Positions 44,566 to 53,921 of a stretch of DNA of 64,000 nucleotides are shown here, piece by piece. The position numbers were made by a program, and so were the translations under genes. The notes beneath the pieces were generated by a model. It was not told the origin of the DNA, made no database searches, and saw only the letters and a list, made by a program, of their open reading frames with translations. How positions within the stretch are numbered: the first letter of the stretch is position 1; every line of letters starts with the position of its first letter. This DNA is from Nitrospirota bacterium. GTDB lineage: Bacteria > Nitrospirota > UBA9217. The stretch spans positions 384,001-448,000 of the forward strand of contig CAWJQQ010000002.1 of NCBI GenBank assembly GCA_963845065.1, written 5' to 3'.

Positions 44566-45081
44566 ATGAAGACGATTGTGTTACTATTCTGCTGTCTCAT
44601 ACTTCTTCAGGGTTGCGTCTATCCGATTTCAAAGGATCTTGTTGAAAAAACGGACAGGACCATCACATTTGAAATGCTGCAGGCAGACCCCAATCTGTAT
44701 AAGGGGAAGGTCATCATTCTCGGTGGGAGTATCGCCGCAATCACCGGCATTGTGGACGGTTCGCTGATCGACGTTTACCAGACCCCTCTTGATTACTGGG
44801 GCAGGCCCATCAGCACAAATAAATCAAGGGGGCAGTTTCTGATATATACGCCGATATATGTCGATCCTGATATCTACTCGCCTGGCAGTGAGATCACCGT
44901 AGCCGGTGAAACCGAAGGAACAACACTAAAACTGCCCGGTAATACGGAACTCCCCAAAGACACCTATCCCGTTCTTGTTTCAAAGGAACTCAAGCTCTGG
45001 CCGAGAAAGCAGGGCTCGGAGGATCCCAACTGGTGGGATCATCTTTGGGATCCGCTTTCCCCGATATATTATCCCATGTAA
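44566..45081 (+). CDS. Slp-family outer membrane lipoprotein
   Basis: Lipobox LQGC, VIILGG.I, PLDYWGRP, DP.IY.PG..ITVAG, YPV...LKLW motifs. Confidence 0.85.
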   Translation: MKTIVLLFCCLILLQGCVYPISKDLVEKTDRTITFEMLQADPNLYKGKVIILGGSIAAITGIVDGSLIDVYQTPLDYWGRPISTNKSRGQFLIYTPIYVDPDIYSPGSEITVAGETEGTTLKLPGNTELPKDTYPVLVSKELKLWPRKQGSEDPNWWDHLWDPLSPIYYPM

Positions 45082-45097
45082 TAGTGCGAGGGCAGGC

Positions 45098-45260
45098 ATG
45101 CTCAAGTGGATCTATACAACAACAGGAACTTTCGTGGACTCCTCCCCCGGTCGAAGATGTTGATGGAAAAGCGTATGTGGGGTCGGGAGGCAATAAGCTC
45201 GATGCCATAAACTCCAATGGCACAAAAGGGGAAGGAGGTTTTTTTTCCTACCGCCATTGA
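45098..45260 (+). pseudogene. PQQ-like beta-propeller repeat remnant
   Basis: LKWIYTT.G..VDSSP / DGKAYVGSG.NKL.AINSNGT split by a frameshift. Confidence 0.5.
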
Positions 45261-45463
45261 TGGCGGGACCGCGTAAACTTACCAACAATATTCATTATCA
45301 TGGATTGACTTAGTATTTCTTGAAAAACCGCGGCCCCTGATTTACACTCACCATCCTTCATTCTCTAACGTCGGTTCGCCGATTCTGTAAAACGCCATGC
45401 GATTTCATCATTTCTGTACATATGTATAGCTGTGCCTCAATGGCAATATAACAAAACAACTTT

Positions 45464-46841
45464 GGCTCTTCCGGGTTTCCTATGGGTCGCATTTAGGGCC
45501 GGAAAGCGGTTTCAACCGCGACTGGTGCGGTTAGTTTGAGTTTATCGTTCTTTGAAAACTTGACACGTTTCGGTGCAGGGAGTATGGTCTTGTCTCATGA
45601 AGAAGACCACTCTCCGCTCGCTCTACAGCTTTCCGGGTTTCCAAGCTCTAGCTACGTTGAAGGAGGTTCCGGAAGACCCCCGTGCCCGCATCATCGTCCT
45701 TCGACGTCGACAAAAAAAACGATTTGCTCCTGTGGTCACTCGCAAAAGGGTTTCTACGATCGGATCATCCATCAGGTCAGGGACCTCGATTCCGGCGGCA
45801 TTCGCATTTATCTTGAGTTTGAGTATCGCCGGGTGCGCTGCAAGGGGTGCCAGACCGTGAAGCGCGAAACTCTCGCATGGCTGGCATCATCAAAACGCTT
45901 CACGGATCGTTTTGAGCAGGCAATCGGTCGTCAGTGCCGTGAGATGTCCATTGTCCGCGTAGCTGAGATGAATCGCCTGAGTTGGGACCAGGTCCGGCGC
46001 ATCGAGAAGAACTACATGCGTGCGCTCCTGGCCAAACATCCACCGTCCGATAATCTTCGGGCCATAGGAGTCGACGAGATATCTATCTCCAAGGGCCATA
46101 CCTATGCAATCGTCGTCGCGGATCTGGATGAAAAGCGACCGATCTGGCTTGGCGGCGAAGGCCGCCGAGAAGAGGATATGGACCTCTTTTTCAATGAAAT
46201 CGGACCGGAGCGAGCGAAAGGCATCCAGCTTGCGGTCATGGATATGTGGAAAGCCTTTAGAAACTCCACAATGAGCCATGCACCATCCGCGCAGTTCGTC
46301 TTCGATAAGTTCCATGTGCTTAATCATCTCTCGATGGCCATGGACGAAGTCAGGCGGCGCGAGTACAAACGTGTCAGTGAGAAAGAACGACGGTTCATCA
46401 AGGGCCAGCGCTATACGCTGCTTTCTAACCGGGACAACTTGGACCTGGATGGCAGGCGATCCTTGAAACTTTTGCTTAAAGCCAATAGCCGCATCCACAA
46501 GGCCTATCTTCTCAAAGAATCTTTCGGTCAGCTCTGGTCATACAATAATCCGACCTGGGCGCGGAAGTTCTTCGAGAACTGGAAAGTGCAACTCCGCTGG
46601 AGCCGTTTGGAACCGTTTCAGAAATTCGCTGCACTGGTCGAACGTCACTGGGATGGCATCATCAGTTACTGCAATCCCGATAACAAAGTCTCCCTCGGCT
46701 TCATGGAGGGATTGAACAACAAGATCCGGGTGATTCAACGTCGGGCTTATGGCATCAGGGATAGGGAATATCTTCGACTCAAGGTACTTACATCCTTTCT
46801 CTCAGATGCAAAAAATGACCCACACTAAACCCAGAAGACCC
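45464..46841 (+). mobile_element. ISL3-family insertion sequence, intact
   Basis: IRs GGCTCTTCCGGGTTT / AAACCCAGAAGACCC; 8-bp target duplication ACAACTTT at 45456-45463 and 46842-46849. Confidence 0.92.
45597..46828 (+). CDS. ISL3 transposase, probably expressed through a -1 shift at A8 (45712-45719)
   Basis: GVDE, MDMW, FDKFH and EGLNNKI...RRAYG motifs; N-terminal ORF MKKTTLRSLYSFPGF...RRRQKK is in a different frame. Confidence 0.85.
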
Positions 46842-46849
46842 ACAACTTT

Positions 46850-47062
46850 CGATGATAAAAAAAATGGTCGTTAATGCGACAAGGAGAAATATTTTGCTGT
46901 CCACGTTGCAACGTCAAAATACATGCCGATGAGCATGTTGCGGACACTATAGGTAATTACCTATTGCTGCATCCTAATACGGTCGAACAAATAACACTGC
47001 ATCTTCCAAAGGGTCGGCTATGCTCCGTAAGGAATCGCCTTGTTGGAAGCTCAAACCATTAG
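46850..47062 (+). pseudogene. TnpB/Cas12f-like C-terminal remnant (Zn finger plus RuvC-III), next to the ISL3 insertion
   Basis: RQGEIFCCPRCNVKIHADEHVADTI resembles R.G..F.C..CG...HAD.NAA.NI. Confidence 0.55.
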
Positions 47063-47074
47063 ATTAGTATTATC
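46992..47074 (+). ncRNA. Structured repeat copy D (3'-truncated), overlapping the TnpB-like remnant end
   Basis: ACACTGCATCTTCCAA...GGCTA..CCGTAA...GCCTTGTTGGAA...TAGATTAGTATTATC, close to the reverse complement of 20053-20157. Confidence 0.5.
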
Positions 47075-47152
47075 TTTTCAGAATGTCTCTCTGCTTAATA
47101 TATATCGGTTCTTTACAAAATGGTTGAAGAGAGGGAAAAGTCAAAGTGAACT

Positions 47153-47803
47153 ATGATCCCGCTTAAAGATATCGACCGCAAACCCTCACGTTTCCCGGCT
47201 ATAACTACTCTGATCATCGGGGTGAATTCACTTGTATTCCTGCTTGAGCTGGTGAATGGACCAACCTTTATCGCCCGATGGTCATATAATCCGTTAGAAA
47301 TTATTTCAGGGCGAAACTGGATTACAATACTGACCGCCATGTTTATACATGGTGGCTGGTTGCATATAATAGGCAACATGATATTTTTTTGGGCGTTTGG
47401 ACCCGAGATCGAAGATATAATGGGAAGAGCAAGATTCCTGGTTTTTTATTTATCAGGCGGATTGGCGGCATCCCTAGCACAGGTGCTCATTAGCCCCGAC
47501 TCCTCCAGCCTGAATCTGGGGGCAAGCGGTGCGATTGCAGCGGTTATGGGAGCATTTCTCATCACCTTTCCCCGCGACAGGATTCGCACAATTGTTTTTT
47601 TCGGATTTTTTGTAACTATTTTATTTGTTCCGGCGATCATCCTTGTAGGATTATGGTTCGCCCTTCAGTTATTCAGCGAGGTCGGCTCGCTGGCAATGCA
47701 GCAGACTGGCGGTGGGATAGCGTATGCGGCGCATGTCGGAGGATTTCTGTTCGGCATGATTTTTGCTTCTTTATTTGAGTCCCACCGGCGACGCGATAAA
47801 TAG
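47153..47803 (+). CDS. Rhomboid intramembrane serine protease
   Basis: HGGWLHIIGNM, GASGA and AHVGG motifs. Confidence 0.95.
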   Translation: MIPLKDIDRKPSRFPAITTLIIGVNSLVFLLELVNGPTFIARWSYNPLEIISGRNWITILTAMFIHGGWLHIIGNMIFFWAFGPEIEDIMGRARFLVFYLSGGLAASLAQVLISPDSSSLNLGASGAIAAVMGAFLITFPRDRIRTIVFFGFFVTILFVPAIILVGLWFALQLFSEVGSLAMQQTGGGIAYAAHVGGFLFGMIFASLFESHRRRDK

Positions 47804-47872
47804 GCCAAAACGATCTGAAGCCGATAAACAGTAATGTGGCAATGAATGGCCCTGGGCATCATGGAGATGGTA

Positions 47873-47963
47873 GTGAATGCTCCCGCACAACCAAATGTTG
47901 GTTCGGGCTTCCAAGAAAGCAGTTCCTCATTAGGGATAGCCGTTTGGAAGAGGCAGTGTAACT
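47873..47963 (-). ncRNA. Structured repeat copy B (putative omegaRNA / IS605 right end)
   Basis: ACACTGCCTCTTCCAA..GGCTATCC..GGAACTGC..TTGGAAGCCCGAACCAA-CAT-TTGGTT..GCGGGAGCATTCAC. Confidence 0.55.
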
Positions 47964-48184
47964 TACGAGAGTTTCTTATCGCAAACTTTGTTGTGATTTA
48001 CATGTTGAACGTATCGTTCTAAGACACCATGTTAGAGCCCATGTCAAATCACAAATTAGTCATGTTGCGCTGTAGGAATGAGTTTTTTATCTAGGTACGA
48101 TAAAAGGTAATATTTGCCAGGGCGCATAAGGAATGCATTCCGATTAGAAATCGGGATTGTATCGATCGGCACAGGAGATTAAAC

Positions 48185-51100
48185 ATGACAACAGGAAATA
48201 TATCAGCGTGCATATTATGGTTTACTCTTTCTCTCACTGTGTGTCAGACAAACCTTTATGGTGAGGATAAAAAACCTACCCTGTCATTGCCAGTCTACCG
48301 CCTCTCTGTCTCATTTGACTTGAAAAATAATCTTTTGATAGGCAGAGCGGTAATTACGCTACCCGAGGCTGGAGGTATAACGGTTTCTCCTGGCGAGCTC
48401 AGGATCACGTCAGTCATGTTGAACAGATCGCCCGTGGATTATAGAACTAAGGACAATCTGTTGAAGATTACCGGCACTGGGATACTCGAAATAACATACA
48501 AGAAGACCTTCCGTGGAGATACGGGAAACACTGAAAATCTTGAGAATGCAGGCGTTGTCCCTACCGGGGTGGTGGACGAGGGAGGCATCTCGCTAACGGG
48601 CAACTGGTATCCTGCAATTGACGGACTTGCTTATTATAAGCTCACCGCTCTTGTTCCAAATAATTTCATTGCCATATCGGAGGCGGATGAAATTACTGCG
48701 AAGAAAACCGCTTCGGGTAAAGAGTACGCATATGCTTTTTCGCACCCTTTAACTGGGATAGACTTCGTTGCGGGCAATTACCGTGAAGTCAGGGATACAG
48801 TTGATGGCATAGACATTTATGCCTACTTCTTCCCCGAAGACATTTCCCTTGCAGCCGACTATATCGAACACACAAAAAAGTATCTCAAAATGTACAATGA
48901 ACTACTCGTTCCCTATCCATACAAAAGATTCTCCATCGTAGAGAACATCCTGCCAACGGGCCTTTCCATGCCCACCTTTACCCTTCTAGGACGGGAAATC
49001 GTACGTCTCCCTTTTATTCTCAGGACCTCTCTGGGCCACGAGATCACTCATCAATGGTTCGGCAATTATGTTTATGCAGATTTTAAGAAAGGCAACTGGC
49101 TTGAAGCGATCACCAGTGATCTTTCCGACCATCTATATGAGGAACAGAAAGGTAAAGGATGGGAGTACAGGAAGAATATCCTCATCAATTTCCAGAGCTA
49201 TGTGACCCTCGATAAGGATTTCCCCCTCAGAGATTTCACGGAGAGGACCGGCTTCGCCTCTATGGCGATTGGTTATGGCAAAGGAGCTATGCTCTTTCAT
49301 ATGCTCGAGAACCTGCTTGGAAGAGACACATTCTATAAATCGTTACGGAGACTAATCGAGGACAATAAATTTAAGCAAGCCTCGTGGGCCGACGTTGAGA
49401 ATTCTTTTGAGCAGGTATCAGGCAAAGACCTCGCATGGTTTTTCAACCAGTGGCTCGACCGCAAGGGAGTGCCCTCCTTCGAAGTACAGTACCCAGGTGC
49501 TTTTGTTTATAATGGAATTCCGACCGCGTCATTCGAGCTCGTACAGAAGGGAGAGCCTTACAGGATGGAATTACCAGCAAAAGTTATTACAAGAACAGGT
49601 GAAGTGAAACAGTCGCTGGCATTGGAAAAAGAAAGGCAATATTTCGACATCGCTGCAGAAGACAACCCTTCAAATATAATCTTTGATGACGACTACAATA
49701 CTATGAGGACTCTTGCACACAATGAATTCCCTCCTGTTATCGCACGGCTACTCGGTGATGAAAAAAAGCTTATCGTTTACCCAGAAAAAGAGAAAGAAAT
49801 ATATGCCGGACTGATAGCCATTTTCAAAGGAGAAGGATTTGCTGCTAAAGGACAGCTTGAGGTGAATGATAAGGATATCCAGTCTTCCTCGCTCCTTATT
49901 CTGGGTTCTGAAAGCCCTGTACTTAAAAGGCTCTTCGGCGCGGCTGGTGAAAGAAAACCAGGATTTCTGCTTATCGTTAGAAATAACCCTCTGAATGCTT
50001 CAAAAGTTGTAGCCTATGCCAATGGAGATTCAAAAGAAGAAATCGATCTCGCTGTTGAAAAGATATTTCACTATGGGAAGTATTCAGTTTTGCGCTTTGA
50101 AAAAGGGAAAAATGTGACAAAGGAAATTGTCAATACAGAACGCGGTATGGTATTCAATCTTCATGCGTTGGTAGAGGGCGTCGAACCGGAAAAATCCCTG
50201 AAGCTCGATGAAATAATCGATGCAGTCAGCGATAAGCCTGTTATCTTCATCGGTGAACGGCACACTAATTATGAGGACCATAAGGTGGAACTTTCAGTAA
50301 TCATGGGTCTCTTTAAAAAAGGAAAGAAAATCGCTATCGGCATGGAAATGTTCCAAAAGCCTTTCCAGAAGGCAATCGATGAGTACCTCTCTGGGACCGT
50401 TGGTGAAAGAGAATTTCTAAAAAAGACGGAATATTTTAAGAGATGGGGGTTCGACTACAATTATTACCGGGAAATCATAGAATACGCCGGGGCGAAAGGT
50501 ATTCCAATTGTCGGATTGAACCAGCGGTCCGAGAACGTGGACAGAGTGGCCAAGGAAGGACTCGATGCCCTATCCGAAGAAGAAAGAAAAGAGATCCCTC
50601 AGGACATGGACATGTCTGATGATTCATATAAAAGACGCTTGAAGGATATCTATGAAGACCATCCTGGACAGATCTCCTTCGAGAACTTTTATCAATCGCA
50701 GATCATCTGGGATGAGACCATGGCGCACTCGGCAGCCCGGTTCCTAGAGGAAAGACCAGATCACCAAATAATCATTCTTGCCGGAGTTGAACATATCATG
50801 TATGGTTCGGGAATCCCAAGCAGGCTTCGCCGACTTACCGGCAGAGACTATGTCACACTTATAAACGGAACCTTCGACAGGGACATTGGCACCTATGTGC
50901 TGTTTCCCGAGCCCCTCAAACCTCCTTTTACAGCGAAACTTGGAGTGATTGCCCAGGAATCAGCGGGCATGGTGCATGTCACTAATTTCCCACCTGACAG
51001 TCCTGCGTTGAAATCAGGTCTTAGCAAGGGGGACATCATTACCTCTGTAGACGGCTGGAAGATACAGACCATAAACGATATAAAGATCGCCCTCTTTGAC

Positions 51101-51190
51101 AAGGAACCGGGCCAAACGGTAAGTGTGAAGGTGGTGAGAAAAAGACTTCTTTTCGGCGCGAGGGAACTTGAATTTAATCTCTCCCTGTAA
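48185..51190 (+). CDS. M1 aminopeptidase-ChaN-PDZ fusion protein
   Basis: HEITHQWFGN...E zinc motif, YGKGAM; ChaN motifs GERH, GMEMF, WDETMA, G..HI.YG.GIP; C-terminal PDZ. Confidence 0.88.
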   Translation: MTTGNISACILWFTLSLTVCQTNLYGEDKKPTLSLPVYRLSVSFDLKNNLLIGRAVITLPEAGGITVSPGELRITSVMLNRSPVDYRTKDNLLKITGTGILEITYKKTFRGDTGNTENLENAGVVPTGVVDEGGISLTGNWYPAIDGLAYYKLTALVPNNFIAISEADEITAKKTASGKEYAYAFSHPLTGIDFVAGNYREVRDTVDGIDIYAYFFPEDISLAADYIEHTKKYLKMYNELLVPYPYKRFSIVENILPTGLSMPTFTLLGREIVRLPFILRTSLGHEITHQWFGNYVYADFKKGNWLEAITSDLSDHLYEEQKGKGWEYRKNILINFQSYVTLDKDFPLRDFTERTGFASMAIGYGKGAMLFHMLENLLGRDTFYKSLRRLIEDNKFKQASWADVENSFEQVSGKDLAWFFNQWLDRKGVPSFEVQYPGAFVYNGIPTASFELVQKGEPYRMELPAKVITRTGEVKQSLALEKERQYFDIAAEDNPSNIIFDDDYNTMRTLAHNEFPPVIARLLGDEKKLIVYPEKEKEIYAGLIAIFKGEGFAAKGQLEVNDKDIQSSSLLILGSESPVLKRLFGAAGERKPGFLLIVRNNPLNASKVVAYANGDSKEEIDLAVEKIFHYGKYSVLRFEKGKNVTKEIVNTERGMVFNLHALVEGVEPEKSLKLDEIIDAVSDKPVIFIGERHTNYEDHKVELSVIMGLFKKGKKIAIGMEMFQKPFQKAIDEYLSGTVGEREFLKKTEYFKRWGFDYNYYREIIEYAGAKGIPIVGLNQRSENVDRVAKEGLDALSEEERKEIPQDMDMSDDSYKRRLKDIYEDHPGQISFENFYQSQIIWDETMAHSAARFLEERPDHQIIILAGVEHIMYGSGIPSRLRRLTGRDYVTLINGTFDRDIGTYVLFPEPLKPPFTAKLGVIAQESAGMVHVTNFPPDSPALKSGLSKGDIITSVDGWKIQTINDIKIALFDKEPGQTVSVKVVRKRLLFGARELEFNLSL

Positions 51191-51478
51191 AACTCATTGC
51201 TAAGAAGTGTTGAAAAAGGTATCAATTCACTAAAATATTATTTGTTGAAAAAATTTGGTTTATAAATGAGGTCAGGAGAATTATGGCAGAGAGGAATATT
51301 CTCGAGGAAAATTCATACCCCGAATTACGAATATCGCCATGTTGTTTTCCTCTGCAACAAGCACGCCTTAAGTATGAGAATGTCCAAGGTATCATTTTTA
51401 TGGATGGCTCTTTTGCTCGGGACTCACTATAATTGAATCTGGGTAGTAGTGTAAGAATAGTCCAATCCCGCACGGTTC

Positions 51479-53905
51479 TCACATTTCAAATTTCCTGAAA
51501 ATATAATATTTTGGGAAATCTATGAAGAGCGTAAAAAGCGCTGAGAAAATAAGCACTGCTAGAACCTGTTTGAATGCAAGAGACGGCACAAAAATGCCAT
51601 AAACGCCTAGGAGTGCAAATCCGCTGATAGTCGCTATGCTCAGGAGCAGCAAGTCCCGGCCCGGTAATGATGACCAAAAATGCCGCCTCTCCCGCACGAT
51701 CAACACCCTGAACTGGCTGTTGAATATCAGGTTCAGCATGACCAGTGTGCGCAGCTGTTCCCATTCAAGATTAAAATAGTTCCTGCCCATAAAAATTACT
51801 AGCAGTCCTTCGACAATCAGGAGCATGCCGGGAACCAGCGATGCCAGCGTAATATTTCTGACGTTCCATCTGTTCGGATTTGGTGTAGACGTCACCCTGT
51901 CGGTCGCCAGGGACATGGTCACAAAATCGTTCGCGAATACGAGCAGCGACATGCCAAGCAGAGAGAGCACGATATCGTGGAGCCAGAAGAAGCTTAGGGT
52001 GATCAACCCGACAAATTCAATGACCTTTGTGACTTTGTTGAGGACCCAGGTGAGCATCCGCTGGTAAGTTTGCCTGCTTATTGTCACCGCATCAATGATC
52101 ACGCTGATCCCCGGTTCCGTCAGGACTACGCTTGCGGACGCCTTTGCTACGTCGGTTGAGTTGCTCACCGCGATACCCATCTCCGCCTGCTTGAGCGCTG
52201 GCGCATCGTTCACTCCATCTCCCGTCATCCCCACCATATGGCCCTGGGACTGCAGGAGCTTCACTACTTTGTATTTGTCCTCAGGATAGATTTCGGCGAA
52301 CCCGCTGATTTCATCCACGATCCTGGCTTGTTCCATCTCGCTCAAACCTTGGATGTCCGCCATCCTGATGATATTAGTGCCAATCCCTACCTGATCTGCT
52401 ATTTCTTTCGCTATGGCCATATTGTCGCCGGTAAGCATAATTGGCTTGATTCCCAGTTTTTGGGACTGTTCTATCATACTTTTTGATTCCGGTCTCAGCG
52501 GGTCGGCCATCGACAGCAAACCGGTAAATTTAAAATCATCCGGACCGTAACCCTCCGACCGTGCGACCGCTATTATTCTGAATCCGCTCCGGGAGAATTC
52601 CTGTATAGTCTCGTTTGCCTTTTCTCTCACCTCTTGATCCATATCCCGGCACAGGGGCATGATAATTTGGGCTGCCCCTTTTACGGCTTTGAAGCGTCTG
52701 CCTTGAGCATCGATGACAGCCTCTGTCCTTTTGATGGAAGGGTCGAAGGGCTTAAACGTGAGTTGGCGATAAGGCTTGAGATCAATGCCCGTGTTTTTTG
52801 CATATTCAAGGACTGCGATGTCTATAAGGTCCATGCCATCCCGTTGGGATGCCAATGCGGCTGTGATAATGACATCTTCCTTTTGATACCCGGAAAACGG
52901 AATGGCATCACTCGTCGACAACCTGTTCTGCGTTATGGTCCCTGTTTTATCAAAGCAGAGAACATCAATGGAAGCTGCATCCTCGATCGAATCGAGCCTG
53001 GTCACAAGCACGCCCTTCCCAGCAAGTTCCATTGCTCCCACAGCCTGGACAATAGTGAGCACTGCAGGAAGTGCTACGGGGACTGCGCCCATGAGGAAGA
53101 TCACTGCCAGAGTCAGCACGGTGACGAGGTGTTCGTGTAAATTCAAGAGCAAGCCGTACGCCAACACCAGGATCAGCGCGCCTATTCCAAAGTACATCAT
53201 GTATTTGACAATCGCCATCATCACGGCTTCCTGATGGGACTTGGGCGTGGCTATCTTGACCAGTTCCGCTGTTTTCCCGAAGTACGTATTTGAACCGGTA
53301 TTAACTACGACGCACCTCGCCTCTCCTCTTCGAACGACGGCGCTCGAGTAAATAATGTCCGATTCACCTATCTCCACCGGGAGGGATTCTCCAGTCAAGG
53401 CCGATGCATCGACAGAAAGGTTCCCGTTTACAACTTTAGCGTCGGCCGGCACGATATCCCCGAGTGCGACGGCAATAATGTCTCCGGGCGCGAGCTCTTT
53501 TGCCGCTTGTATTCCCCATTTCCCGTCCCGCAATACTTTTGCCCTGATCGCCAGCTTTTTCTTGAGGAGCTCAACCGCTTTTTGTGAACCACGCGAGTGA
53601 AGGTGGCCTATGACCGCGTTTACCGTGAGCAGCACGAAGATAATGACTCCCTCAAGGGTGTGATGCAAGGCGAGCGAGAGTCCCATCGCCAGCTCCAGTA
53701 ACCATGGCATGGGGCCCCAGTAGCGCAGAAGGAATTCAAGGAAGGAGTTCTTCTTTTTTTCGGTTATTTCGTTATGTCCAAATATCGTGAGCCGCTTTAT
53801 CGCTTCGGCCTGTGTGAGGCCATCTTTGGTTGACTCTAAGTTTCGTAGCGACTCTTCCCAGGAGAGACCCTTATAGTCGGAGGTATTTCTCAATTTTAAA
53901 TCCAT
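51479..53905 (-). CDS. P-type H+-ATPase (P3A, plasma-membrane proton pump type)
   Basis: WGPMPW, TGES, PVALP, DKTGT, KGA, TGD, GDGVNDAPALK and NDF motifs. Confidence 0.93.
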   Translation of the reverse strand: MDLKLRNTSDYKGLSWEESLRNLESTKDGLTQAEAIKRLTIFGHNEITEKKKNSFLEFLLRYWGPMPWLLELAMGLSLALHHTLEGVIIFVLLTVNAVIGHLHSRGSQKAVELLKKKLAIRAKVLRDGKWGIQAAKELAPGDIIAVALGDIVPADAKVVNGNLSVDASALTGESLPVEIGESDIIYSSAVVRRGEARCVVVNTGSNTYFGKTAELVKIATPKSHQEAVMMAIVKYMMYFGIGALILVLAYGLLLNLHEHLVTVLTLAVIFLMGAVPVALPAVLTIVQAVGAMELAGKGVLVTRLDSIEDAASIDVLCFDKTGTITQNRLSTSDAIPFSGYQKEDVIITAALASQRDGMDLIDIAVLEYAKNTGIDLKPYRQLTFKPFDPSIKRTEAVIDAQGRRFKAVKGAAQIIMPLCRDMDQEVREKANETIQEFSRSGFRIIAVARSEGYGPDDFKFTGLLSMADPLRPESKSMIEQSQKLGIKPIMLTGDNMAIAKEIADQVGIGTNIIRMADIQGLSEMEQARIVDEISGFAEIYPEDKYKVVKLLQSQGHMVGMTGDGVNDAPALKQAEMGIAVSNSTDVAKASASVVLTEPGISVIIDAVTISRQTYQRMLTWVLNKVTKVIEFVGLITLSFFWLHDIVLSLLGMSLLVFANDFVTMSLATDRVTSTPNPNRWNVRNITLASLVPGMLLIVEGLLVIFMGRNYFNLEWEQLRTLVMLNLIFNSQFRVLIVRERRHFWSSLPGRDLLLLSIATISGFALLGVYGIFVPSLAFKQVLAVLIFSALFTLFIDFPKYYIFRKFEM

Positions 53906-53921
53906 TCCTACATTCTTCCTA

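Noticed and set aside
47873..47963. Twister ribozyme or c-di-GMP-I riboswitch identity for the repeat
   Set aside because: Short matches (ACACTGCC, AAGCCC, GATAGCCG) do not fall in the required structural arrangement
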